Source: Candidatus Marinacidobacterales bacterium
GTDB taxonomy: Bacteria; Acidobacteriota; Vicinamibacteria; Marinacidobacterales; DATDRI01
NCBI GenBank assembly: GCA_965219415.1
Contig: CBDCNP010000002.1
Span: 1,280,001 to 1,344,000 of the forward strand
Length of the DNA stretch: 64,000 nucleotides
Reading direction: 5' to 3'
Below, in pieces: positions 1-10,167 of the stretch. A program made the position numbers and the translations under genes. The notes beneath the pieces were generated by a model. That model searched no databases and was not told the DNA's origin. It was given only the letters and a program-made list of their open reading frames with translations. Position 1 is the first letter of the stretch, and every line of letters begins with the position of its first letter.

Positions 1-177
1 TACATTAATTGCGGGTGGGGCACCGGTGGCTTCAAAGCCACGCCGGGCTCGGGCTGGGTGTTTGCCCATACGATTGCCCAGGATCGGCCCCATCCTCTCA
101 ACGAACCGTTCTCACTCGAGCGCTTTACCACCGGCCACCTAATCGATGAGCACGGCGCCGCCGGCGTCGCACACTGA
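1..177 (+). CDS. soxB: Sarcosine oxidase subunit beta, 3' end (partial)
   Basis: Frame 1 reads [26 protein letters not shown]...[12 protein letters not shown], the typical SoxB C-terminus. It lies directly upstream of soxD. Confidence 0.93.
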   Translation, partial: YINCGWGTGGFKATPGSGWVFAHTIAQDRPHPLNEPFSLERFTTGHLIDEHGAAGVAH

Positions 178-186
178 GGAGCCACC

Positions 187-468
187 ATGTTGTTGATCCG
201 TTGCCCATGGTGCGGGCCGCGAGAAGAATCCGAGTTCTCGTATGGCGGCGAGGCCCACATCGTCCGGCCCAAGGACCCGGACGCGCTCACGGACGCCGAG
301 TGGGCGGACTATCTCTTCATGCGCAAGAACCCGCAAGGTCGTCACCGCGAGCAATGGCTGCACTCGGCCGGTTGCCGGCGGTGGTTCAACATCGAGCGCG
401 ACACGGTCACCTACAAGATCATCTCGGTCTACAAGGTAGGTGAGCGGATCCCTAGAGATGTCGAGTGA
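187..468 (+). CDS. soxD: Sarcosine oxidase subunit delta
   Basis: MLLIRCPWCGPREESEFSYGGEAH...HSAGCRRWFN zinc-binding pattern; GAGGAG RBS; operon position. Confidence 0.95.
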   Translation: MLLIRCPWCGPREESEFSYGGEAHIVRPKDPDALTDAEWADYLFMRKNPQGRHREQWLHSAGCRRWFNIERDTVTYKIISVYKVGERIPRDVE

Positions 469-3400
469 CCGAGCGTTATCGTCTGGCCACGGGTGGCCGA
501 ATCGACCGTGACAAGCCGCTCGAGTTCACGTTCAATGGCGAGCGTTGTCGAGGCTATCAGGGGGACACGCTCGCATCGGCTTTGCTCGCGAACGGCATCC
601 ATTTAGTCGGACGGAGCTTCAAGTATCACCGCCCCCGCGGCATCGTGGGAAGTGGTGCGGAGGAGCCGAATGCCGTTCTTCAAGTCGGGAGCGGCGCCGA
701 CACGCTACCCAATCAACTCGCGACTCAGGTCGAGCTCTATCAGGGACTTCGCGCGGCAAGCGTCAATTGCTGGCCAAGCGTCTATTGGGACGCTTATGCC
801 TTCATCGGTCTTTTCGCGCGTTTTCTGCCTTCCGGCTTTTACTACAAGACCTTCATGCGGCCGAAGCGCATGTGGATGAAGTACGAGTCCTTTATTCGCC
901 GCGCCGCGGGGTTGGGACTCTCGCCGAGAGAACCGGACCCAGATCGGTACGACAAAATCCATACCCACTGCGACGTTTTGGTCCTCGGAAGTGGCCCCGC
1001 CGGACTCGCGGCGGCGGTCGAGGCCGGTCGCACGGGTGCGCGGGTCATTCTCGCCGACGAGCAGTCCGAGCTGGGTGGCAGCGCGCTAAGTAACCGCCAG
1101 CAAATCGATGGCGCTCCCGCCATGGAATGGGTGACGGCGGCCATCGAGGAACTACGGGCGATGGAGGAGGTGCGCCTCCTTCCGCGCAGCACCGTGTTCG
1201 GCTACTACGACCACAATTTCCTCGGAATCCTCGAACGCGTGACGGCCCACTTGCTCCCCGCTGCCCCGTCGAGACCCCGTGAAAGGCTCTGGGGAGTCCG
1301 AGCCAAACAAGTTGTTCTCGCCGCCGGTGCCATCGAGCGCCCTCTCGTGTTTCCTAATAATGACCGACCCGGCATCCTGTTGGCGTCGGCCGTCTCCACG
1401 TATGCGAACCGATATGCGGTAGCGCCCGGGTCGCGGGCGCTGGTGTTCACGAACAACGACAGCGCCTATCAAACGGCGCTGGACCTGGCCGAGGCTGGAA
1501 CGGCGGTGGCCGCGGTGGTGGATGTGCGAGGAGAGCCGCGTGGTGCGCTGCCCTCCCGGGTACGGCAACACGGTATTGACGTGATCGGCGGCCATGCCGT
1601 GGTGGACGTGCTCGGTAAGAAGAGGGTGAGCGGAGTCGAGATCATGCGTCTCAACGCCGATGGAGAGTCCGTCGAGGGCACGCTCCGTGAGATCGACTGC
1701 GATCTGGTTGCCGCTTCCGGAGGGTGGACTTCCACCGTACACCTGCACTCGCAGTCCGGGGGCAAGTTGCGCTGGGACACGCTCAAGGCCTGCTTTGTGC
1801 CTGGCGAGTCCGTCCAGGCGGAGCGCTCGGCGGGCTCCTGTAACGGCGGCTTCACCCTACGTGAGTGTTTGGCCGAAGGTTCGGCCGCCGGCGCCGCCGC
1901 CGCCCACGACGCCGGCTTCGGCGACGGGCGAGCCAAGGCCAAGCTACCCGATGTCCCCGAAGAGACCGAGGAGCCGCTCTGTCCAATGTGGGTCGTTCCG
2001 TCCCGCGAACCTATCTCGCGGGAGCACAAGCAGTTCGTGGACATGCAAGAGGACGTGAGTGCGGCGGACATCGTGCTGGCCGTGCGCGAGGGCTTCGAGT
2101 CGATCGAGCTGGTCAAGCGCTATACCACCCTGGCGATGGGCACGGATCAGGGCAAGCTCGGCAGCATCAACGGCATGGGAATCGTGGCCAAGACGTTGGG
2201 TGTCGATCTCCCCTCCGTCGGCACCACCAAGTTCCGTCCCTCCTACACGCCTATCAGTTTCGGAGCCCTCGCCGGGCGCGACCTGGGGCCGCTCTTCGAT
2301 CCGGTGCGTAAGACCGCGATACATGCGTGGCATGCGGAGATGGGAGCGGAGTTCGAGAACGTCGGGCAGTGGAAACGCCCCTGGTACTACCCACGTCCCG
2401 GCGAGACGATGCACAATGCCGTGAGCCGAGAATGTCTCGCGGCCCGCAACGGCGCCTGCCTCGTCGATCAATCGACCCTGGGGAAGATCGATTTGCAAGG
2501 GCCGGATGTCGCTGAGTTTCTCAATCGTGTGTACACCAACGGCTGGAGCAAGCTCGGCGTCGGTCGCTGTCGCTACGGTCTGATGCTGGGTGAAGACGGC
2601 ATGGTGATGGACGACGGGGTCACCGCCCGACTCGCCGAGCACCATTACTTGATGCACACCACGACCGGCGGGGCGGCGAACGTGATGTCATGGCTCGAGC
2701 GCTGGCTGCAAACGGAATGGCCGGAGCTCAAGGTCTACTTGACCTCGGTCACGGATCACTGGGCAACCATCGCCGTGGTAGGAGCCTATAGTCGAAAGGT
2801 GCTCACGAAGGTATGCGACGATATCGACTTTTCTCGCGAGGCCTTCCCCTTCATGTCCGTTCGCCATGGAACGGTGGCCGGCTTGCCGGCCCGGGTTTTT
2901 CGCATCAGCTTTAGCGGAGAGCTGACCTACGAGATCAATGTTTCGGCCAACTATGGCCGGGGAGTCTGGGAAGCCTTGATGGAAGCGGGGAGGGAATACG
3001 ATATCACCCCCTACGGCACGGAAGCCTTGCATATCTTGCGCGCCGAGAAAGGCTTCATCATCGTGGGTCAGGAGACCGACGGTTCGGTCACTCCCGGGGA
3101 TCTGGGCATGGATTGGGTTCTCAGCAAACAAAAGGATTTCCTCGGCAAGCGCTCCCTCGCTCGACCGGATTGCGTGCGTGAAGATCGTAAACAACTGGTT
3201 GGTTTGTTGACCGAAACGCCGTCGGAGGTTTTGCCAGAAGGTGGGCAGATCGTCGATTCTCTCTCGGCTTCCATTCCGGTGCCGATGATAGGTCACGTCA
3301 CCTCCAGCTATTTCAGTGCCCACCTTGGCCGCTCTTTTGCGCTGGCCCTGGTAAAGTCTGGACACTCCCGTATGAACCAGAGGGTGCACGTACCGTTGTT

Positions 3401-3476
3401 GAACGGCCGAACAGTGAGTGCAGTGATTACCCGACCGGTGTTCTACGATCCGGAGGGAGCGAGACAGAATGTCTGA
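465..3476 (+). CDS. soxA: Sarcosine oxidase subunit alpha
   Basis: GDTLASALLANG..VGRSFKYHRPRG N-terminus, GSGPAG nucleotide-binding motif and a C-terminal GcvT-like folate-binding region; 1003 aa; GTGA overlap with soxD. Confidence 0.96.
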   Translation: MTERYRLATGGRIDRDKPLEFTFNGERCRGYQGDTLASALLANGIHLVGRSFKYHRPRGIVGSGAEEPNAVLQVGSGADTLPNQLATQVELYQGLRAASVNCWPSVYWDAYAFIGLFARFLPSGFYYKTFMRPKRMWMKYESFIRRAAGLGLSPREPDPDRYDKIHTHCDVLVLGSGPAGLAAAVEAGRTGARVILADEQSELGGSALSNRQQIDGAPAMEWVTAAIEELRAMEEVRLLPRSTVFGYYDHNFLGILERVTAHLLPAAPSRPRERLWGVRAKQVVLAAGAIERPLVFPNNDRPGILLASAVSTYANRYAVAPGSRALVFTNNDSAYQTALDLAEAGTAVAAVVDVRGEPRGALPSRVRQHGIDVIGGHAVVDVLGKKRVSGVEIMRLNADGESVEGTLREIDCDLVAASGGWTSTVHLHSQSGGKLRWDTLKACFVPGESVQAERSAGSCNGGFTLRECLAEGSAAGAAAAHDAGFGDGRAKAKLPDVPEETEEPLCPMWVVPSREPISREHKQFVDMQEDVSAADIVLAVREGFESIELVKRYTTLAMGTDQGKLGSINGMGIVAKTLGVDLPSVGTTKFRPSYTPISFGALAGRDLGPLFDPVRKTAIHAWHAEMGAEFENVGQWKRPWYYPRPGETMHNAVSRECLAARNGACLVDQSTLGKIDLQGPDVAEFLNRVYTNGWSKLGVGRCRYGLMLGEDGMVMDDGVTARLAEHHYLMHTTTGGAANVMSWLERWLQTEWPELKVYLTSVTDHWATIAVVGAYSRKVLTKVCDDIDFSREAFPFMSVRHGTVAGLPARVFRISFSGELTYEINVSANYGRGVWEALMEAGREYDITPYGTEALHILRAEKGFIIVGQETDGSVTPGDLGMDWVLSKQKDFLGKRSLARPDCVREDRKQLVGLLTETPSEVLPEGGQIVDSLSASIPVPMIGHVTSSYFSAHLGRSFALALVKSGHSRMNQRVHVPLLNGRTVSAVITRPVFYDPEGARQNV

Positions 3477-4152
3477 ACGGGCCCGTCGAGAGTCTCCTTG
3501 GGCAGAGTTTTACCCGGCCGAACGGAGCGCTGTGCTTTCCGGTCAGGCCGGTCAGGCCGGTGTCCAACTGCAGGAGCGCCCTTTCCTCGGCCATCTGAAT
3601 CTGCGCGGCGAGCCGACCGACACCGCGTTTCTCGAAGCCGTTGAGGCAGTGGTTGGATTCGGTTTGCCCTTGGACCCAAACACCGTCACGGACGGCCGCG
3701 AGGTGACCGCTCTCTGGCTCGGACCCAATGAATGGCTGCTCTTGACCCCGGAGGACCAGCAAGACCGAATCGCCCAAGCCCTGCGGACCGCCCTGGGCAA
3801 CGTATTCTCCGCCGTCACCGACTTGAGCGGTGGTCAAACGGTCATCAACATTCGGGGCACTCATGCGCGTGACGTGCTGAGCAAAGGGAGCCCCGTGGAT
3901 CTTCACGCACGAGTCTTCGGTCCCGGGCGCTGCACTCAGACCCACCTCGCGAAAGCCGGGGTCCTCATCCGGCACCGGGGTGATTCGCCGTCCTTCGATC
4001 TCATGGTGCGCCGTAGCTTTGCCGATTACGTCGCCACCTGGCTCAAAAATGCCGCAGAGGAATACGGCGTGGTGGTCATCTCTCAACCCACCGACTCGGC
4101 TGCGGTCCCCGCGTCTGACGCGCCACCTCGCGGTCTCAAGAGCGCCACATGA
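3469..4152 (+). CDS. soxG: Sarcosine oxidase subunit gamma
   Basis: LWLGPNEWL, VTDLSGG and VRRSFADY motifs; overlaps the soxA stop. Confidence 0.92.
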   Translation: MSERARRESPWAEFYPAERSAVLSGQAGQAGVQLQERPFLGHLNLRGEPTDTAFLEAVEAVVGFGLPLDPNTVTDGREVTALWLGPNEWLLLTPEDQQDRIAQALRTALGNVFSAVTDLSGGQTVINIRGTHARDVLSKGSPVDLHARVFGPGRCTQTHLAKAGVLIRHRGDSPSFDLMVRRSFADYVATWLKNAAEEYGVVVISQPTDSAAVPASDAPPRGLKSAT

Positions 4153-4245
4153 TTGGTACGCGCTCGAAGAACTGATGATGCGCCAGCCACTGACGCGTCC
4201 GTTCCTGAACTTTGGGTCCGGCTTTCGAGACCAGCCATACTCGTC
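4150..4245 (-). pseudogene. Gene remnant (RVWLVSKAGPKVQERTRQWLAHHQFFER), resembling HAD-like hypothetical proteins
   Basis: Manual translation of the minus strand gives a protein-like segment with no start codon or full ORF. The family resemblance is from memory only. Confidence 0.35.
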
Positions 4246-4609
4246 TGGAGAGCCTCGACGCGGTATCCGAGTCGTAAGCTGACAGCGCTTCTTGCAGAGA
4301 ACTTCGAATTTTTGTTGTAGCTTTTGGATCTGATCGAGCAAGGCCGTCCGAACTGTTTTGGAGTTGGACCGAGACTTGCCATTGGGTTCCAACTCAACGA
4401 GTCGCCGGTGAGGATCCGCCAGGTCCTGGCGCAGGTTGCGGATGACAAAGGAAGTTTCATATCTCTCCGACCGTCGGCCGTGGTAGACTCCTGCCCTCCA
4501 GAGGGCCAAAGCGCCCAGTCCACCGCCAGGATAAACCAACGGAGACCAATTTTTGATGTCGGATCCGACCCACTCCCGGTTGTTCGTTGCGGGAGCTAAG
4601 GAGAGAACC

Positions 4610-7600
4610 ATGAGACAGGTAACGTATCGAGTGCCCCGAGGGGCCACGTTGTTGGTCGCTATAGTCCTTCTGGCAGTGTCGGGTGCCGCCGTGCCGGTGT
4701 TGCAGACGGCGCCGCAAGATTCACTTACCGGCCTTGAGGGGATCTTTTCGACGGGACCGGTCCTGCAGGATCGGAATGGCGATGAGTTGGTCGACTTCGT
4801 GGAGGCGGCCATCGTTTTGGGCGAGGCGCCGACGGCTCAGGAAGTCGCCGCTGCGGCCGATATCGCGGCTCGAATGGGCCACGAAACCATGGCCATGAAC
4901 GTGCCGGTGGCTTCGGAGCCCGGGGCTGCCGCCACCGGAATCCTGGTTGGTAACGGAGCCGTGGCGCGGGCTGGCCTCCGCGCCGCCGATGCTGGAGTTC
5001 AGGGACTTTCGCCCGGCGAAGGCGTGGTCCGGATGGTCTCTGGAAGCGGGCGCAGCTGGGTCGTGGTGGCGGGCGCCGACGATGCCGGCACCCGGGCAGC
5101 GGCCGACGCGTTCGCGCAACGCTTGCCCCATGTGTGGGATCCAAAGGGCCCGGAGCTCTCGGATGTGGCTCAGGACGTGGAGACGTTTCTGGGCGAGCAA
5201 GGTGTTCGAACCGAGAGCTCCGAGGTGGCCGGCGTTCGGGTGAAAGCAGGCGAGCCGGGTTTTCGGCTTCTGGAAGTGGAGGTGCAGCTGGGCTCGCCTT
5301 CTGACCTCAACCGCGCTCGAGGAGCGCTCGAGGAGCTGGTTCGGGCGCGTCCTGGCGTGGCGAGCGGGGCCGCGGCGCGTCTCTCCTACCCGGGTGCTCG
5401 CGTGCTTCGTGTGGCGCTCTCGGCACAAGGGGCAGACGCTGCTGAGGTGGAGGTGCCAAAGGTGGAGTCTGTCCCCACGGAGGGGCCCATCCCGCCGCGC
5501 CCGGGCTCGAAGGCAAAAGTAAAGTTGGATCTTTCCAGCGTCTACACCAACGATGGCTTCCTCGGTGATTCGGACGAGAACCTGATCCCCGACCGGATCG
5601 ACGTGCTCCTCAGTCCCTCTGGCGAGGGGATCGAGGGAACGGTGGACCTCGCCGCCCGCATTGGGCTGGAGTCGGCTGGCGTCCAGATTCCCGTGGCCCA
5701 GGTGCCGGAGGCCATCGAGGATCCGGAAGGGGCACCGACGCTGGTGCTCATCGGCACCGACCATCCCCTGGTGCAGCAACTGGTGCAGAAGGGAAAGCTA
5801 CAGCTGCCTTCCCTCGAGCCGAACCAGGGTCTCATCCAAGTGGTGCCCAAGGCCTTCAAGGACAAGAGTGCCGTGGTGATCACAGGAGGTGACGGGCCTG
5901 GCGTGGCCCGGGCGCTCCGGCAGGTTGCCGAGCGGTTCCCCAACGTCTGGGAGCGCGGCAAGGATCGGACCACCATCGAGGGTGTCGAAGAGAACGTGTA
6001 CCGGTTCCTCTCGGGTCGCTCCCCCGCCGGGCAGGCGGCCACCGCCTTGTACAAGCTGGATAGCCTCGTGCAGGAGCTGTCGGGAAAGGACCTGGAGTCC
6101 GCACACGTTGTGGTTTCGGTGGAGAAGCCGGCGGACGGACTAGAGGGGATCGTGCGGCAGCATGCGGAAGCCTTGGGTGCCGGCTCCCTCGAGGTGACCA
6201 TCGACAACCGGGACGTAGAGAACGCCGCGATCATCTACGAGGAGGAGTTCGAGGTTGCCTCGGAGGTTGCGGAGTTCTGGGAGATCTTTCGTTCGGAGAT
6301 CGTGCCAGAGGTCCGGAGGGGGCAGCCGGTGGTGATAGAGGCGCGCCTGAGCGAGCCGCCGGAGATTCGGACGGAGATCGAAGCCAAGGCAAGAGCGGAG
6401 CTGATCGCCGCGGGTGCGGCGGAATCGGGCACCGAGGTGAGGGTGCTTTCGGCCTACAAGCAAGGCTACAGCTGGCTGCACGACGTAGTCGGCCCGGCGC
6501 TCAAGGGCCAGAAGGTGGGTAAGCTAACCATCCGCTTTGCTGAGAACGGCCCGCCGCCGGAGTGGAAGCAGCAGGCCATGTACGCCAAGAGTCGCTGGCT
6601 GATGGAGACCTACCCCATCGACGAGGTGCTGGCTCGGCAGCTGGGCCTTGAGCTGGATCAGATCGGCTTCGAGATGATGCCGATCGGTGCACCGACGTAC
6701 GAGGCCATCGCCACCGCCCCCGACGGCAGCGAGCTGCTCCGGGAGAACTTCGAGCCTAAGTACGTGTTGAGGTCGTATTTCGATCCCCTTCCCGATTACG
6801 AGAAGGTCCGGGTGACCACCGGATGGCTTACCGCCCGGGTGGGTGGCGATACGGTAGTGGACCGGAGGATCATCACCGACGTCGAGCGCTTCTGGGACCA
6901 CTACCAGGAAAAGACCCTGCAAGGGATCTACGACTACGTCATGGAGCTTACGGAGGGCAACCCCCGGTCCGAGGACGCGCCACATTTCGGGAAGCTCGTC
7001 GTGGAGTTGACCCTCAGCGAGCCCAATTACTTGGTGGGCGTCGACAGGGAGATCATCGCTTCCATGGAGTCCGTCCACGAGGATCTATACTTCACCACCC
7101 TGCATTTCTTCGATGTGTTGGGCCAATACGCCCGGGGCGAAGGCCTGGACTTTCCGGGCCGGGTGATCCCCATTATGCGTCCCAAGGGAGACGGCAAGGC
7201 GGGGCGGGCGAAGATCACTTTCACCGGCTTCGCCTCCCCACGTCCGGCCGTGGTGGTGAAGTATACCGAGCGGGGAGGCGGGGAAGGCAAGGTGCGCCGG
7301 GACATCCGGCGAGTAGATCTGGAGCGCCCCCAGGCCCTGGCGGCAACCGTGCGGGACGGCCGGGACGGGATCGAGCGCCTGGAGCTGCGGGTGAAGGTCG
7401 ACACCGAGATGGACCAGCGGGCCGAGCTCCTGAAGCGAGCCCGTGTCGAGGAAGTGGACCGGCGGATCATGTCCGCCCAGCAAGTCACCGCCCTGGTGGA
7501 TAACCTCTCCCGGCTGCAGCAGGCAGGTCTGTACCGTGACGCCCTCGCGTACCACGACCTGGGCGAGCTCAGAATCGCCGCCGGCTGGGAGTACGAGGTG

Positions 7601-8851
7601 GAGCCCGCAACGCAGGCGGTGGCGTCACTTCAGCGTAACGGCTCGCCCCCACCGTTCCCCGACATCACCACGCGCCTGCCCGCAGGTTGGCGCGACAGCG
7701 GCAAGCCCCTCGTGCAGTGGGACACCCCGATCCCTCCCGACGAGGCCTTCGAGATCCTCGCCAAGATGTCCACGTTCCCCGAGACCACCGTCTACAAGCT
7801 CGGCGAAAGCTATCTAGGCAAGGATATCTGGGCGATGGATCTGATGCCGCCGATAGAGGCCTCCCACTGGTCCCACGCCAAGGCCACCACGCTCAAGCCA
7901 ACTATCATCTACTCCGCGCGGGAGCATGCCAACGAGATCTCCTCCACCAGCCACGTGCTGAAACTCACCGAGCGTCTCCTCACCGACGAGCAGTTCCGCC
8001 AGAAGCTCAACAAGGCCAACGTGGTGGTCCATCCCATCACTAACCCCGACGGTGCGCAGCTCGCCTACGATCTGTACGAAATCACACCCGATTTCATGCT
8101 CCACGCCGGGTACTTGGGGGCCCTAGGCGTGGGGGTGCAGGAGGCGCACTGGGACCCCGATCCCATCTACCCCGAGTCCCACAGCCGCCCGAAGCTCTGG
8201 AGGAAGTGGCTCCCCGATATCTACCTCAGCCCCCACGGCTACCCCCACCACGAATGGGTCCAGATGTTCTCTGAGTACGCTGCATGGGTTCGCAAACGAA
8301 CGACCGAGTCCCACGACTGGTGGGCGACGCGAGGCTGGTACGCCAACATCCGCTACATCGAGGACCCGAAGTACCCCCGCCACAAGGAGGCGGCCTTCGA
8401 GATCCGCGAGAAGGTCACCCAGTACATCAGCGCAGAGCCCGAGGTGATGGCCCTGAATCGTCGAGCCTACGACCGCTACCGCCGCTGGGGCGTCGCCTTC
8501 GACCCCGAAAGCTTCAGGCTCGACTTCACCAACGGCGTGCTCGCCTACACCGCCATCAAGGGTGTGAAAGCCGGCGAGGGCAACGACTTCATGAACAAGA
8601 ACCCCAAGGTAACCATCTACCGGGGTGGCACCGAGGGCCCCGACGAGACCGCCTACGGCGATTGGCTGAAGGTCGTGGCCACCGCGGGCTTCCAGTTCGA
8701 CCGGGCCAACCTCGACTACCTCGTGGAGGGCAACCACGTCGTCGAGCGCAAGAGCGACATCTTCTTCCGCGGCATCCACTTCAGCATGCATCGCGCACGA
8801 CCGCCAGAGAAGAAGGACGAGCCGTCGCCCACGACGAGCGATCGCCCATAA
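4610..8851 (+). CDS. Giant secreted multidomain protein with C-terminal M14 zinc peptidase-like domain (paralog 1, ~1413 aa)
   Basis: Start reassigned to ATG 4610 after AAGGAG. Signal peptide present. Motifs: SAREHANE (HxxE), HPITNPDG, DIYLSPHGYP, and TEGPDET as the likely catalytic Glu region. Confidence 0.85.
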   Translation: MRQVTYRVPRGATLLVAIVLLAVSGAAVPVLQTAPQDSLTGLEGIFSTGPVLQDRNGDELVDFVEAAIVLGEAPTAQEVAAAADIAARMGHETMAMNVPVASEPGAAATGILVGNGAVARAGLRAADAGVQGLSPGEGVVRMVSGSGRSWVVVAGADDAGTRAAADAFAQRLPHVWDPKGPELSDVAQDVETFLGEQGVRTESSEVAGVRVKAGEPGFRLLEVEVQLGSPSDLNRARGALEELVRARPGVASGAAARLSYPGARVLRVALSAQGADAAEVEVPKVESVPTEGPIPPRPGSKAKVKLDLSSVYTNDGFLGDSDENLIPDRIDVLLSPSGEGIEGTVDLAARIGLESAGVQIPVAQVPEAIEDPEGAPTLVLIGTDHPLVQQLVQKGKLQLPSLEPNQGLIQVVPKAFKDKSAVVITGGDGPGVARALRQVAERFPNVWERGKDRTTIEGVEENVYRFLSGRSPAGQAATALYKLDSLVQELSGKDLESAHVVVSVEKPADGLEGIVRQHAEALGAGSLEVTIDNRDVENAAIIYEEEFEVASEVAEFWEIFRSEIVPEVRRGQPVVIEARLSEPPEIRTEIEAKARAELIAAGAAESGTEVRVLSAYKQGYSWLHDVVGPALKGQKVGKLTIRFAENGPPPEWKQQAMYAKSRWLMETYPIDEVLARQLGLELDQIGFEMMPIGAPTYEAIATAPDGSELLRENFEPKYVLRSYFDPLPDYEKVRVTTGWLTARVGGDTVVDRRIITDVERFWDHYQEKTLQGIYDYVMELTEGNPRSEDAPHFGKLVVELTLSEPNYLVGVDREIIASMESVHEDLYFTTLHFFDVLGQYARGEGLDFPGRVIPIMRPKGDGKAGRAKITFTGFASPRPAVVVKYTERGGGEGKVRRDIRRVDLERPQALAATVRDGRDGIERLELRVKVDTEMDQRAELLKRARVEEVDRRIMSAQQVTALVDNLSRLQQAGLYRDALAYHDLGELRIAAGWEYEVEPATQAVASLQRNGSPPPFPDITTRLPAGWRDSGKPLVQWDTPIPPDEAFEILAKMSTFPETTVYKLGESYLGKDIWAMDLMPPIEASHWSHAKATTLKPTIIYSAREHANEISSTSHVLKLTERLLTDEQFRQKLNKANVVVHPITNPDGAQLAYDLYEITPDFMLHAGYLGALGVGVQEAHWDPDPIYPESHSRPKLWRKWLPDIYLSPHGYPHHEWVQMFSEYAAWVRKRTTESHDWWATRGWYANIRYIEDPKYPRHKEAAFEIREKVTQYISAEPEVMALNRRAYDRYRRWGVAFDPESFRLDFTNGVLAYTAIKGVKAGEGNDFMNKNPKVTIYRGGTEGPDETAYGDWLKVVATAGFQFDRANLDYLVEGNHVVERKSDIFFRGIHFSMHRARPPEKKDEPSPTTSDRP

Positions 8852-8922
8852 AGGAGGCACACCGAGGAGGCGGTCACAGTCGCTGGCCAAGGTCGGCCGA
8901 AACCGACAGAGGGGGTGTATCG

Positions 8923-10101
8923 ATGACAAATAGAGGAAGCTTCGGTCTAAAGGCTACGCTTTTCTCGCTCCTGGTCGCGACGGCATTCATATTGCCGCGA
9001 CCGGGGGAATCCGGTGCCCAGAACGATGCCACAGTAGAACTTCTCAGGGAGCTGACGAACGCGCACGGCGTGGTGGGATTCGAGGGCGAGGTCAGGGACA
9101 TCTTGAGACGGGAGTGGGGAGGGTTACTGACCGATCTTCGTACCGACGGCGTCGGCAACTTGCTAGGCGAGCTGAAGGGGCAATCGGAATCGCCGCGGGT
9201 GCTGCTGATGGCTCACTTGGACGAGGTCGGTTTCTTGGTGCGATACATCGATGAGGATGGCTTCATCTACTTCAATAACGTCGGCGGCTATTTTTCTCAG
9301 AGCGTGCTGACCCAGCGGCTCTCCATACTGACTCCGAACGGCCGCGTTCTCGGTTACACCGGAATGAAGTCCGGGCACATCCTGCCACGAGCCAACCGCA
9401 TGGCGATGGTCCCTTTGGAGGACATGTTCATCGATGTCGGTGCGCGCAGCCGGGAGGAAGTAGAACGAATGGGTATTCGGCCGGGGCTTCCGATTACCTA
9501 CGCCACCGACTTCCAAGTACTGAACGGGACGAGCCGTTACTTGGCAAGGGCTTGGGATGACCGTGTCGGCCTTGCGGTGATTACCGAGGCACTGCGGCTG
9601 CTCAAGAACCGTTCCCATCCCAACAATGTTCAAATCGCGGCGACGGTACAGGAGGAAATCGGCCTTCGAGGCGCCTCGGTGGTGCAAGCAAGCACCCGCC
9701 CCGACATCGTGATCAACTTGGAGATTGGGATCGCGGGCGACTTTCCACTGCTGACCTCGCCAACTCTTTCTCAGGAAGCCTTGGGGAAAGGGCCGGGGAT
9801 CTTCGTGTTCGATGGCAGCATGATCCCCAACAACAAGTACGTGGATTGGATCATCCGGCTCGCCAAAGAGAACGATATTCCCTTCCAGTTCGAGTCGGTC
9901 ACCGGGTACGGTGAGGATGCTTCGATGCTACAAAAATCGGCGCAGGGCATTCCCGCCGTGAACATCGGCGTCCCTACCCGCTACGGACACAGCCAATCGG
10001 GCGTGATCGATCGCGCGGACTACGACAACACCGTCAAGCTGGTGGTGGCGATGATCGAAAAACTCTCGGCCTCGGAGGTGGAGGCGATTCGCTCATTCTG
10101 A
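8923..10101 (+). CDS. M42 family (TET-like) metallo-aminopeptidase with N-terminal signal peptide
   Basis: Start ATG 8923 after GAGGGGG. Motifs AHLDEVG, AWDDRVG, VQEEIGLRGA and RYGHS; hydrophobic N-terminus. Confidence 0.9.
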   Translation: MTNRGSFGLKATLFSLLVATAFILPRPGESGAQNDATVELLRELTNAHGVVGFEGEVRDILRREWGGLLTDLRTDGVGNLLGELKGQSESPRVLLMAHLDEVGFLVRYIDEDGFIYFNNVGGYFSQSVLTQRLSILTPNGRVLGYTGMKSGHILPRANRMAMVPLEDMFIDVGARSREEVERMGIRPGLPITYATDFQVLNGTSRYLARAWDDRVGLAVITEALRLLKNRSHPNNVQIAATVQEEIGLRGASVVQASTRPDIVINLEIGIAGDFPLLTSPTLSQEALGKGPGIFVFDGSMIPNNKYVDWIIRLAKENDIPFQFESVTGYGEDASMLQKSAQGIPAVNIGVPTRYGHSQSGVIDRADYDNTVKLVVAMIEKLSASEVEAIRSF

Positions 10102-10167
10102 ACTTCAAGCTAAAGGGTTTCTGGCTTTTACGGTGGTGGGACCGACTCGCACTGAGCGCACCAGCTT

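Noticed and set aside
3541-3560. 9-bp tandem duplications in soxG (GGTCAGGCC x2) and in the B3/B4 gene near 62534 (GGGCCGACC x2)
   Set aside because: In-frame two-copy slippage events in linker regions; not arrays.
3427-4812. 461-aa minus-strand ORF
   Set aside because: It is antisense to soxG and paralog 1 and has no recognisable motifs; typical of high-GC shadow ORFs.
8284-8922. 605-aa version of the M42 ORF with a long N-terminal extension
   Set aside because: The extension overlaps giant paralog 1 in another frame and is Arg-rich shadow sequence; the RBS and signal peptide point to ATG 8923.
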